From Myxococcota bacterium (GTDB taxonomy: Bacteria; Myxococcota_A; UBA796; CAJQPC01): 64,000 nucleotides of DNA. The notes beneath the pieces were generated by a model. The model saw nothing but the letters and a program-made list of their open reading frames with translations. It was not told the DNA's origin and did no database searches. This document shows positions 27,870-37,389 of this stretch, in pieces. The stretch lies in assembly GCA_036012755.1 (NCBI GenBank), contig DASCPX010000016.1:160001-224000 (forward strand), given 5' to 3'. A program made the position numbers and the translations under genes. Positions within the stretch are counted from its first letter, which is position 1; the number at the start of each line of letters is the position of its first letter.

Positions 27870-29030
27870 ATGCTGCTTCTCCTGATGGCCTGCAACGGCG
27901 ACACGGATCCCATCTACGAGGAGCTGGACAGCGATCCCTACGTTCCCTGGCCCGACTCCGGCGACGACGGGACCGACGAGGACGGGGACGGGTGGTCTGT
28001 CGAAGAGGGCGACTGCGACGACGACGACATCTACATCCACCCTGGTTGGGAGGAGTCCGACCAGGAGGGCAACCACACCGACGGCAAGGACAACGACTGC
28101 GACGGCACCATCGACGAGACCTTCCGGGGACTCGTCGTGCTCCAGCAGGGGCGCTGGGATCTCGGTACCAGTTCCAGGATCGTGCTCGTCGACAGCTTCG
28201 GCGAGACAGAGGAGGAGGTCGAGTTCCTCGATCTGAACGTCCAGCCCATCCAGTTCCAGGACAACTCGGGCAAGTGGTACGACTTCACCTTCGAGCTGGC
28301 CCCAGGTGTCTTCGACGGCTGGGCCGTGCTCGGCGAGGATCGGACCACCCACGGACGCCTCATGGTCGAGGTCAGCGAGACCGGCGAGGTCTCCCAGCTC
28401 GTCGACTTCAGCGACGCCGAGGCCTACCCCGGCGGCGCCTGGGGGATCGACGTCCACCCCGACGGCTACTACCTCGTCGCTGGCCTGACCGTGCTCTACA
28501 AGGTCGACCCGAGCGGGCAGGTCGAGACCGTCGCGGAGTTCCTCGACACCGACGGCGAGACCCCCCTGATGCTCGCCTTCGAGGTCGGTGTGGACAACAT
28601 CACCGGTCAGATCGCGGTCTTCGGCTACTACGGCGGCGCGGCGCTGATCGATCCCGAGACCTTCGAGGTGACCTGGGTCATCCAGACGGACTTCGACAAC
28701 ATCACCCACAACATGTGGTCAGCCTCTCACTGGGACACCCGCGGCGGCTGGTACGCCGGCGGCCAGGACTCGGAGGGGTGGAAGGTCTTCCGGCTGAACG
28801 AGACCAACAGCGAGTGGGTCGAGAAGGCCGTCTTCGACGAGTCGTGGGAGCCTCACGCGATGACCGTCGACACGGTCTACGGCGAGTACTTCATGTCCGC
28901 CTACGGTGGCCAGTACCCCGTCGTCTGGGAGCTCGACGCCGAGACCGGCGAGCAGCCCAGCCAGTTCTTCGCGTCCCCTCACAGCGGCACCTACTTCCTG
29001 GACATGTGGGACCTCACGACCCGGTACTGA
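27870..29030 (+). CDS. Lipoprotein with MopE-like Cys motif and probable beta-propeller
   Basis: GGAGG, in-frame TAG directly before the ATG; MLLLLMAC; DEDGDGW...DCDD..IHPG...DGKDNDCDG. Confidence 0.75.
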   Translation: MLLLLMACNGDTDPIYEELDSDPYVPWPDSGDDGTDEDGDGWSVEEGDCDDDDIYIHPGWEESDQEGNHTDGKDNDCDGTIDETFRGLVVLQQGRWDLGTSSRIVLVDSFGETEEEVEFLDLNVQPIQFQDNSGKWYDFTFELAPGVFDGWAVLGEDRTTHGRLMVEVSETGEVSQLVDFSDAEAYPGGAWGIDVHPDGYYLVAGLTVLYKVDPSGQVETVAEFLDTDGETPLMLAFEVGVDNITGQIAVFGYYGGAALIDPETFEVTWVIQTDFDNITHNMWSASHWDTRGGWYAGGQDSEGWKVFRLNETNSEWVEKAVFDESWEPHAMTVDTVYGEYFMSAYGGQYPVVWELDAETGEQPSQFFASPHSGTYFLDMWDLTTRY

Positions 29031-29107
29031 GGCAGGGGACTTTGCCTTCCGAGATGGTCGTGGTTTCATGACCGCGGAGACAGGACGTCCTCTGGAGTCG
29101 ACAAAGA

Positions 29108-29983
29108 TTGCCAACGCTGCCCGCACTCGATGACCTCCGATGCTTCGAGGCCGCAGCGGTCAGGCTGAACTTCCGGGCAGCCAGCAGCGCCGTCGGTCTG
29201 TCGCCGGCCGCCTTCAGCGAGCGCATCAAGCGCTTGGAGGACCGCCTCGGTGTCCGGCTCTTCAACCGCACCACCCGCCGCGTCCAGCTCACTCTGGAGG
29301 GCGAGCGCCTGCTCCCCCAGGCGCGCAGGACCCTGGCCGAGGCGAGGGCTTGCCTCGATCTCGGTGGCGGGCCGAGCCCCTTCGAGCTGACCCTCGGCGT
29401 CGGCTTCGAGTTGGGCCTGTCCTGGCTCGTTCCGGGCCTGGAGACCCTCCGTGAGGAGCGCCCCGAGCGCAGGCTCCACCTCACCTTCGGTGATGGCCAG
29501 GACCTCGTCCAAGCACTCGATCAGGGCCACGCCGATGCGGTGATCGGGAGCATGCAGCCGCCCTCACCCACTCTCGAGGCCGCGCTCCTGCACGAGGGAC
29601 ACCACCTGCTGGTGAGCTCGCCCGAGCTGGACATCGAGTCGCCAGAGGACGCCGCGGCCCTGACGCTGGTCGACATCTCTCCGAAGCTGCCGCTCTTCCA
29701 GTCTTGGCGACAAGCCCAGCCTGCCGAGCAGGTGTGGCGCTTCGGGTCGCATGAGTACATGGGCACGATCGGCGCGATCAAGGCTCGCCTGTTGGCTGGT
29801 GCCGGAGTCGCGGTGCTGCCCGAGTACTTCGTCCGCGAGGCCCTGACGGCTGGTGACCTCGTCGAGCGCACGCCCGGTCATCGCCCTCGCAGCGACTGGC
29901 TCCGTCTCCTCTGGCGACCGGATCACCCGCGCGCTGGGGAGCTGCAGTGCCTCGCGACGTCCCTCCGGGCGCTGCCCCTCTGA
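29108..29983 (+). CDS. LysR-family transcriptional regulator
   Basis: NFRAASSAVGLSPAAFSERIKRLEDRLGVRLFNRTTRRVQLT; substrate-binding domain. Confidence 0.93.
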   Translation: MPTLPALDDLRCFEAAAVRLNFRAASSAVGLSPAAFSERIKRLEDRLGVRLFNRTTRRVQLTLEGERLLPQARRTLAEARACLDLGGGPSPFELTLGVGFELGLSWLVPGLETLREERPERRLHLTFGDGQDLVQALDQGHADAVIGSMQPPSPTLEAALLHEGHHLLVSSPELDIESPEDAAALTLVDISPKLPLFQSWRQAQPAEQVWRFGSHEYMGTIGAIKARLLAGAGVAVLPEYFVREALTAGDLVERTPGHRPRSDWLRLLWRPDHPRAGELQCLATSLRALPL

Positions 29984-29987
29984 TCGC

Positions 29988-31433
29988 TCACCGCTCCAAG
30001 CGCCCGAGCGCCGGCGCCTCCGCGAAGGCGCGCTTGTAGTCGGCGAAGCGTCCCCCTGCTGCGACGGCGTCGTAGAGAGCGCGGCCCTCCGGGGGGCCGC
30101 CCTGGGCGAGGACCGCCTCGACCCATGCCCACCTCGCCGACGTGGCGCGCACCTCGGCGGCGCCCTTCAGCCCTCGGCGCAGACGCCGCAAGCGCCGCTC
30201 GATCTGCTTCTGGCCCGCGAAGCCCGCGTCCACCAGCGGCGTCCCGAGCTTCGGCACGAAGGGGGCGATGCCCAGGGCGACGGGGTGGATGCTGGCGAGC
30301 TGTCGGGTGAAGGCGACGAGCTCGTCGATGTCCTCGTCCTGCTCCCCGGGGACGCCGACCATCATGTAGACCTTCAGGACCCGGAACCGGTGCTCCCGGG
30401 CCAGTTCGGCGCAGCGCAGCAGGTGCCGCTCGACGGTGCCCTTCTCCAGGTCCCGACGAAGCCGCTGGCTGGCGGCGTCGCTGGCGACGGTCAGGGTGGA
30501 GTAGCCCCCCGCCCGCAACAGCCGCGCGATGTCCGGCCTGAGGGCTACGCGATCCGCGCGCAGCGAGGAGATGCCCAGACCGACCCCGGCTTCGACCAGC
30601 CTATCGAGCAAGGGAACCAGCCCCGGGTGGTCGGAGATGGCGGCGCCGACGAGCCCGACCCGAGACGCGTAGGGAGGCACGAGCTCCAGGACGCGCTCCG
30701 GGCTCACCAGCCGCATGCCGCCGGAGGTCGAGCGACGCATCACGCAGAAGGTGCACTGGCGGTGGCAACCACGTTCGCCCTCGACGAGGAACATGTTGGA
30801 GAGCTCTGCATGAGGCGTGACGATCTGCGATCTCGCCGGAAGCAGCTCGTCAGGCGCCCTCGCGACCGGAACGAGGCCCTCGCGCCGAGAGGGCACGAGC
30901 CCCCCGGGCAGTCCCTCGATCACGCTGAGCCAGTCCTCGTCCCGCAGCGCCGCGTCCATCGCGGGCACGACCTGTTCGTCGGCCTCGCCGAGCAACAGGG
31001 CGTCGACGAAAGGGCTCAGCGGGAGGGGATTGCTGAAGGTCAGCGGGCCGCCGGCGAGGATGCGGGGATGCCGGTCCCCGCGGTCCTTTGACAGCGGCGG
31101 GATCCCGGCCAGCTCGAGGCACTTGATCAGCCCGGCCAGCTCGAGCTCGTAGGCGACGCTCACCCCAACCACCGGGAAGTGCGACAGGGGCGTCTCTGTC
31201 TCGATCGTGAGGAGCGGTCCGCGCCAGGCTCCGGGGTCGTCGGGCAACACGGCCCGCTCGACGGCGAAGCCCGCGTCGGACAGCAGGCGGTGGATCCACT
31301 GGAACCCCAGCGACGACATCGCGGCGCGGTAGGGCGAGGGGTACAGGAGCGCGACGCGCCGCGGTCCGGGCGAGAACGTCGAGCCTTGCTCTTCCGCGCG
31401 CCACGCGCGCAGCTGCCGGAGGGGATCCGCCAT
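29988..31433 (-). CDS. Radical SAM protein with N-terminal B12-binding-like region
   Basis: LLYPSPY..MSSLG; SVAYELE; AGGP...NP; ERGCHRQCTFC; SSLRAD; YMMVGVPGE. Confidence 0.88.
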   Translation of the reverse strand: MADPLRQLRAWRAEEQGSTFSPGPRRVALLYPSPYRAAMSSLGFQWIHRLLSDAGFAVERAVLPDDPGAWRGPLLTIETETPLSHFPVVGVSVAYELELAGLIKCLELAGIPPLSKDRGDRHPRILAGGPLTFSNPLPLSPFVDALLLGEADEQVVPAMDAALRDEDWLSVIEGLPGGLVPSRREGLVPVARAPDELLPARSQIVTPHAELSNMFLVEGERGCHRQCTFCVMRRSTSGGMRLVSPERVLELVPPYASRVGLVGAAISDHPGLVPLLDRLVEAGVGLGISSLRADRVALRPDIARLLRAGGYSTLTVASDAASQRLRRDLEKGTVERHLLRCAELAREHRFRVLKVYMMVGVPGEQDEDIDELVAFTRQLASIHPVALGIAPFVPKLGTPLVDAGFAGQKQIERRLRRLRRGLKGAAEVRATSARWAWVEAVLAQGGPPEGRALYDAVAAGGRFADYKRAFAEAPALGRLER

Positions 31434-31505
31434 GGCCCCAGACTAACTGCGCCCGGTCCTGGCCCACCGCTTGCACTGACAGCCGGCAGGCACCCCGGGA
31501 ATCCG

Positions 31506-32057
31506 ATGGCGACTTCGTTGCCCCCCATGGCGATCAACCAGGGCCTGGCTACCGCGCGCAAGATGGCAGCCAAGGGGCAGCTGGAGCAGGCGCGCGGGGT
31601 CGCCAAGGCGCTCTTCGGCGCCGCCCAGGGTCACCCGGAGCTCGCGGCCGAGGCCCTCGGGCACCTCGGCTGCATCGACCTCGAGCGCGGGGATCTCGAC
31701 GAGGCGGACCAGCGCCTTCAGACCGCCCTGCAGGGAGGCCTGGACGAGGACACGCGGGCTCGCTTCGAGGGCGCGCTCGCGGAGCTCTGGGCTCGGCTGG
31801 GGGACCCCGGAGGTCAGGCGCTCCTCGCCCAGGCCTTCCGTCGGGTGAGGTGCCCGGAACAGAGAGCCGTGCTCCTCTGCCGCGCAGGGAGCATCGCGAT
31901 GCTCAACGGCGACCCGCTGGTCGGGATGGCGGCCCTGTGGGACGCCAGAGCAGCCAGGCGCGAGCTGGGCAGTGCACCCGAGCTCGACTGGGCGGTGGGG
32001 GGCCTCGAGTACACCCTGAACCCGAGCACGGAAGACACAGACAGCTGGGTCGCCTGA
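31506..32057 (+). CDS. Short TPR-like hypothetical protein
   Basis: Start MATSLPPM; ALGHLGCIDLERGDLDEADQRLQTAL. Confidence 0.6.
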   Translation: MATSLPPMAINQGLATARKMAAKGQLEQARGVAKALFGAAQGHPELAAEALGHLGCIDLERGDLDEADQRLQTALQGGLDEDTRARFEGALAELWARLGDPGGQALLAQAFRRVRCPEQRAVLLCRAGSIAMLNGDPLVGMAALWDARAARRELGSAPELDWAVGGLEYTLNPSTEDTDSWVA

Positions 32058-32096
32058 TCGGGGTTTGCGCGCCTCAGGTGAGGCGCGCAGGTCGCA

Positions 32097-32498
32097 TCAC
32101 TCGCCGAGGCTCCAGAGGCCTTCGATGAGCGCGCAGTCGAGGCTGGATTCCTGGGCACCGGTGGCCCGGATCCAGTCGATCAGCTCGTCCATGGGGGCAT
32201 CGGGGAGGACATCACCCTCCTGCAGGCTCACCGCGAGGGCCTTGCCCTTGTCGGTGGTGACCTTGGCGTCGGCCAGGGCGGCGTCGGTCTCGGCGTCGGT
32301 CTCGCCAGACTCGGTGATGGCCACGCAGAGGGCCTCGACGTCAGCCTTCTCTCCGCTGGAGGCGGAGGCTGCGGGTGCGTCCACTGCTGTGGGAACGTCG
32401 ATCGAGATGTCCTCGACCTCTCCACCACCACATGCAAGGGCCATTGCGACCAGGGCGGCGCCACCAATGAGGGTACGGATCTTCACTACAACTCCCAT
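32097..32498 (-). CDS. Hypothetical lipoprotein
   Basis: Canonical signal KIRTLIGGAALVAMALAC. Confidence 0.7.
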   Translation of the reverse strand: MGVVVKIRTLIGGAALVAMALACGGGEVEDISIDVPTAVDAPAASASSGEKADVEALCVAITESGETDAETDAALADAKVTTDKGKALAVSLQEGDVLPDAPMDELIDWIRATGAQESSLDCALIEGLWSLGE

Positions 32499-32555
32499 GT
32501 CAAGGCCCGGTGCGTAACCAACTTCGCACTGCGAGGCTCGACCAATCGAGCGGCT

Positions 32556-33320
32556 TCAGCCGACGAGCCCATCCGGGAGCCGACCGCGCCTGCGCTTGTG
32601 CTTGTGGGCGGACTTCGGCCACTGGAGCACGTCGAGGGCGGTCCGTGCAGAGGTGGGCATCGAGGGGTCCAGCAGGATCACGATGAGTCGCTTCACGCCT
32701 TCTGCCCGCCGCCAGCCCGCGACCGGGCGCTCGTCGAGCAGGCTGCCGAGCACCCAGGCGACCGCGGAGAGGTCGCTCGCTGCGTCGCCGTCTCCCGCCA
32801 TGGCAGCGGGACGCACCAGGACGGCCCGCGCCTCGTCCACGCCTACGTGCACCGTGTCCAGCGTGATGTTCCCGTGGATGAGGCCGTCGCCGTGCAGCAC
32901 GACGAGGGCCTGCAGGAGCGACACCGCGACGCCGCGCACGAGGTCTTCGGACAGCGCGCCGCCAGCGGTGATCGCGCGGGCCGTCGGCTCCTCGGGAGTT
33001 CGACAGATCCGGTAGGACAGGCCGTCCTCATCTCCGACCACATCGATCCCGCCGAGGGCCTCGTGCTCCAGGCCCTGGAGGAGTCGGCTCCGGTCGATGA
33101 AGGACCGGGGCTCCCAGCGCTCGCCGAGCGCATCGGCGACGCCTCGCGCGACGATGCGCCCCTCCGTGTCGACTCCCAGCGCCTCACAGCTCGAGAACTG
33201 TCCGTCCCGGGCCAACATGCGACCGAGCAACCAGCGCTCGATGGCTGGAGGCTCGCAGACGAGGCACGCGCAGGAGGCGCAGGAGATGCCGCAGCGCGCG
33301 CAGCGCGGGAGTCGCTCCAT
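32556..33320 (-). CDS. Degenerate Ser/Thr kinase-like protein with N-terminal Cys cluster
   Basis: CARCG..CASCACLVC; LQGLEHEAL; LLQALVVLHGDGLIHGNITLDTVHV; ASDLSAVA. Catalytic HRD/DFG absent. Confidence 0.55.
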   Translation of the reverse strand: MERLPRCARCGISCASCACLVCEPPAIERWLLGRMLARDGQFSSCEALGVDTEGRIVARGVADALGERWEPRSFIDRSRLLQGLEHEALGGIDVVGDEDGLSYRICRTPEEPTARAITAGGALSEDLVRGVAVSLLQALVVLHGDGLIHGNITLDTVHVGVDEARAVLVRPAAMAGDGDAASDLSAVAWVLGSLLDERPVAGWRRAEGVKRLIVILLDPSMPTSARTALDVLQWPKSAHKHKRRRGRLPDGLVG

Positions 33321-33439
33321 TCGATGCCCTGGCAGGAGTGCGCCCCCAGAATCGCAGTGTCTCGAACAATCGAGGTTTCCCTGCGATTTCGATCGCGCCT
33401 CGTCGGTCACGTTAGGATCTCCGCACTCTCGGAGTCCAT

Positions 33440-34006
33440 GTGCCGCTGCTGCTCGCACTCTTCGCCTGCCAGACCCGCTCTGGCGACCTCATGACGATGT
33501 TCACGCCCAAGGCCGTCGAGACCTCGGCCGAAGCGGTGGTCTCGGGCGCGGAGCCGATCATCGACGAGGCCTTCGCGGCGCGTCGTAGCCAGGAGTGCAT
33601 CGACAATCCGCTCGACTGTCCCGAGGCCACGGAGACGGACGAGACGGCCCCTGTTGTGGAGGCCGTCGAGGCCGTGGTCCTGGACGCGGTCGATGCCGTG
33701 TTCGAGGGTGTCCAGCTGGATACGGAGGAGCCCCCGGCGGCGCTGCCGACTCCCACGGGTCTCCCGAGCGAGCCTGCCTGGGGTGTTCGGCTGCTCCAGA
33801 CCCTGCCGAGCGCCCAGCCTCCGCGCGCGGCGCTGGGCTTGTCCAACGGCGACGAGATCATCGTCGCTCCGGGCTCGATGATCGAGGCCGCCGGCCTTGT
33901 GGTGATCGCGGTCGGCGACCAGACCGTGCAGCTGGCGAAGGTCGAGCCGGTCGGAGACCACGCCGAGATCGAGACCGTCACCCTCCACGCCCTCTATCCG
34001 CGCTAG
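33440..34006 (+). CDS. Lipoprotein with PilP/GspC-like C-terminal beta domain
   Basis: MPLLLALFAC; long acidic linker; VRLLQT...PRAAL...IIVAPGSMI...VIAVG...V. Confidence 0.6.
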   Translation: MPLLLALFACQTRSGDLMTMFTPKAVETSAEAVVSGAEPIIDEAFAARRSQECIDNPLDCPEATETDETAPVVEAVEAVVLDAVDAVFEGVQLDTEEPPAALPTPTGLPSEPAWGVRLLQTLPSAQPPRAALGLSNGDEIIVAPGSMIEAAGLVVIAVGDQTVQLAKVEPVGDHAEIETVTLHALYPR

Positions 34007-34029
34007 TCATCGGCGGTTAGCTGGCGCGC

Positions 34030-35709
34030 ATGCGCCTCTCAGAGCTCCCAGCCGACCAGCCAGAACTCGCTGACCTTCGGGGCGCAGCGACGGCGCTGAT
34101 CACGGACTTCGACGCCGCGCCCGACGCCGACGCCAAGGTCTCGGTCATGAGACGCTGGGACGCCTGGAAGGCCGAGTACGAGGCCGCGATGTTCCTCGCG
34201 AGCATCCGCTTCTCCCAGGACACGACAGACGCGAGCCGCAAGGCGCTCAAACAGCACTTCGACAGGGTCGACCCGGACGTGAAGGAGCTCGACACCAAGC
34301 TCCTCCGCCGAGTGGTCGAGTCCCCGGAGCGGGCCCTGCTGGAGGAGCGCCTGGGCAGCCAGGCCCTGGCCCTGTGGCGCTGCACGCTGGACTCCTTCGA
34401 CCCGGCCATCGCCGACGAGCTTCGGGCCGAGTCCGACCTCGTGAATCGCTACGACGAGCTGCGAGCCTCGCTCCGGGTCGACTTCCGGGGTGAGTCCCAC
34501 GGGCTGTCCTCGATGCGCGGGTTCTACGGCGACGCCGATCGCTCCACCAGACACGCGGCGCGCAAGGCCCAGAACCAGCTCCTGTCGGGCGCCGTCGATG
34601 AGCTCGACTCGCTCTTCGCGGAGCTCGTCGCCGTGCGCCACCGGATGGCACGGAAGCTCGGCGAGGCCACCTACACTCCCCTGGGCTATCGCATGTTGGG
34701 CCGCACGGACTACGACGGAGGGGACGTCGCGGCGTTCCGCGGCGCCATAGAGGCCCGCATCGTGCCGCTGTGCACCGCGATTCGTGCGCGCCACGCAGAG
34801 CAGCTCGGGCTCGACGACTACGCCTTCCACGACACGAGCGTGAGCGACACCTTGGGCGTGCCTCGGCCCAACGGAGACCACGACTGGATGCTGGCGCAGG
34901 CCACCACGATGTTCGAGCGGATGGGCGCCGACTTCAGCGCCTTCTTCGAGCAGATGAAGGCCGGGGAGCTGCTGGACCTGAAGGTGCGCGACGGGAAGAT
35001 GGGCGGTGGATACTGCGAGGCGCTCATTCACTACGGACTGCCCTTCATCTTCGCGAACTTCAACGGGACCCAGGACGACGTCAACGTCTTCACACACGAG
35101 TGCGGCCACGCCTTCCAGTGCTGGACCACCATGCAGCGAAACGTGCTGCGGGACTACGTCTGGCCGACCTACGAGGCCTGCGAGATCCACTCGATGGGCC
35201 TCGAGATGCTGACCTACCCGCACATGGAGCTCTTCTTCGGCGATGACGCCGAGCGCTTCCGCCGGGGCCACGTGGAGGGCGGTCTCCTCTTCCTGCCCTA
35301 CGGCGCCGCCGTCGACGCCTTCCAGCACGAGGTCTACGACGACCCCACACAGACTCCGGACCAGCGGAACGCCACCTGGAGCGACCTCGAGTCCCGCCTG
35401 TTGCCCGAGTGGCGCTACGACGGTCTCCCCCACTTCGAGAGCGGTCGCTTCTGGCAGCGCCAGGGCCATCTCTACTCGAACCCCTTCTATTACATCGACT
35501 ACTGCCTCGCACAGACCTGCGCCTTCCAGCTCTGGCGAAACAGCCGCCGCGACCACGCCGGGACCATGTCCCAGTACCGTCATCTGTGTCGACTCGGCGG
35601 CGAGCTCCCCTTCCGCGCCCTGGTGGCGGAGGTCGGCCTGAAGGACCCCTTCGATCCCGACACCCTGGCCGAGGTCGCCGACGATCTCGCCGAGCAGCTG
35701 GATCTCTGA
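34030..35709 (+). CDS. M3-family oligoendopeptidase
   Basis: GKMGGGYC, PFIFANFNG, HECGH, EIHSMGLE, HLY..PFYYIDY. Confidence 0.93.
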   Translation: MRLSELPADQPELADLRGAATALITDFDAAPDADAKVSVMRRWDAWKAEYEAAMFLASIRFSQDTTDASRKALKQHFDRVDPDVKELDTKLLRRVVESPERALLEERLGSQALALWRCTLDSFDPAIADELRAESDLVNRYDELRASLRVDFRGESHGLSSMRGFYGDADRSTRHAARKAQNQLLSGAVDELDSLFAELVAVRHRMARKLGEATYTPLGYRMLGRTDYDGGDVAAFRGAIEARIVPLCTAIRARHAEQLGLDDYAFHDTSVSDTLGVPRPNGDHDWMLAQATTMFERMGADFSAFFEQMKAGELLDLKVRDGKMGGGYCEALIHYGLPFIFANFNGTQDDVNVFTHECGHAFQCWTTMQRNVLRDYVWPTYEACEIHSMGLEMLTYPHMELFFGDDAERFRRGHVEGGLLFLPYGAAVDAFQHEVYDDPTQTPDQRNATWSDLESRLLPEWRYDGLPHFESGRFWQRQGHLYSNPFYYIDYCLAQTCAFQLWRNSRRDHAGTMSQYRHLCRLGGELPFRALVAEVGLKDPFDPDTLAEVADDLAEQLDL

Positions 35710-37389
35710 TCAGAACGGAAAGGCCAGCGCGAGCGAGGCCTGGGGTTCGCGGGGACCTCTGACCTCCGCCTCGACCCACACCCACTCCCTGACGAGGACA
35801 CGGGTGCCGGCGGCGAGCTCGTACTCGGCGATGCCGTCGAGGCGGACCCAGCGGGTCCCTCCCATGAGCCAGAGGTCCCGCCACACCCTCGCCTCTGCGC
35901 CCGCGAAGGCCTCGAGCTGGCGGAAGTCGCCGCGGGAGCCGAACTCGACGTTCAGCAGGTCACGTTCGACCCACTGGAGGCTCCAGGAGCCGCCCGAGGC
36001 CGCAGCCCCGATCCCCAGGGCGTAGCGGTCGCCCTCGACCACCGCTCGCGCCGAGACGTGGTGGCGCTCTTCTGCCCACTCATCGTCGAAGATCGGCGGC
36101 GCGTCATCCAGCAGCCCGCCGCCGTTCCAGCGGCCACGCCAGGTGGCCTCGACGTACCCACCGTCAAGCTGCAGGCGCGGGGTCGCCCGGAGCTGGACCA
36201 GCTGGCCGATGACCTCGAGATCGTCGATGTCCTGGCGGATGCCGCCGATGCCTGCCTCGCCCACGACCGAGAATCTCTGGCCCATCCTCAAGGAGACGTT
36301 GGCGCCGCCCTCGCTGATCGGGGCCGCCGTGTAGCCCCATGCGGTGGCGCCGACCGCCGTCCCGGGGATGGTGATGATGCCCGTGATCGTCCGCCCGACG
36401 GAGCCCCGACCGCCGAGCAACAATGGGGTCGTGCCGCTGTCGTCCTGGAAGGTCGGGCCGCCGTCGAGGGCGACCCCGTCGACGTCACTCCGGCCAGGCA
36501 CCACCTGGCTGTAGAGGCCCTCTACGACGAAGCCCGAGTCGTCCCTGGCTTCACCCATCGCCAAGCTGGTGGTGGTGCCCTCGAAGGTCCAGCTGCTGCG
36601 GGCCTCCAGCACGCGCAGCTCGGTGCCCGGGAGCTCTGCCCCCATGCGGTCCATCGCCGCCGGGAGCGCTCCAGTGGTGGCCACCGAGCGAGTGCGGCCT
36701 CCGTCGAAGCGACGAGGCACGCGCTCGACCACCCAGGCCTCACGGACCATCGGCATCATCGGCTCGACGCCCTCGAGCTCGTCGTAGCCCCCCCGCGGTC
36801 TGGGGCCGCCGAGGTAGCCCTGGTCCAGGGCCACGTCGACGGCCTCGGCGAAGGTCAACAGCTCGGCCCCCTGCACGCGGTCGGGCACGAAGGACACCAG
36901 CGTGAAGATGCCCTCGCGGTTCCAGCCCTCCTCGGTCAGTCGCTCGAAGGCCGCCAGGTCCGCCTCCAGCGCCGGGTCCGGAGCGCGCCTGCCGCTGCCT
37001 TCGTAGAAGAGGACGAGCAGCGCCTCGACCTCGGCCGGTCCCGGAGCGTAGCCGAGGGGCTCGTCAGAGACCTCGCCGAGCACCTCGTTCGGATCGTAGC
37101 CCTCCGGCAGGACGAGATCCTCCTCGTAGTCCAGGGCCGCCGCGAGGTGACTCTCGAGGATGCCGGAGAGCGTGTAGGCATCAGCACCCTCCACGTAGGC
37201 GACGATGTAGCGCACGGCTTTTTCGAGCTCGGCCGCGCTGTGGTCGCTCTCGAGCAGCGCCTCGATGTCGTCGTCGAGGAAGGCGGTCGGCACGGGCTTG
37301 CCGAGCTGCTGGTAGTAGAGGCGGGCGATGCGCTCGGCGTCGGCCTCGGAGAGCTCGGCGGCGAAGGCGCTGGCGACCAGCAGGATCAC
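35710..37389 (-). CDS. Exported protein with helical N-terminus and probable C-terminal beta-barrel
   Basis: MILLVASAFA; alternating beta-strands; ends in aromatic ...LALAFPF; GTGA-coupled to the sulfatase-like gene. Confidence 0.65.
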   Translation of the reverse strand: MILLVASAFAAELSEADAERIARLYYQQLGKPVPTAFLDDDIEALLESDHSAAELEKAVRYIVAYVEGADAYTLSGILESHLAAALDYEEDLVLPEGYDPNEVLGEVSDEPLGYAPGPAEVEALLVLFYEGSGRRAPDPALEADLAAFERLTEEGWNREGIFTLVSFVPDRVQGAELLTFAEAVDVALDQGYLGGPRPRGGYDELEGVEPMMPMVREAWVVERVPRRFDGGRTRSVATTGALPAAMDRMGAELPGTELRVLEARSSWTFEGTTTSLAMGEARDDSGFVVEGLYSQVVPGRSDVDGVALDGGPTFQDDSGTTPLLLGGRGSVGRTITGIITIPGTAVGATAWGYTAAPISEGGANVSLRMGQRFSVVGEAGIGGIRQDIDDLEVIGQLVQLRATPRLQLDGGYVEATWRGRWNGGGLLDDAPPIFDDEWAEERHHVSARAVVEGDRYALGIGAAASGGSWSLQWVERDLLNVEFGSRGDFRQLEAFAGAEARVWRDLWLMGGTRWVRLDGIAEYELAAGTRVLVREWVWVEAEVRGPREPQASLALAFPF

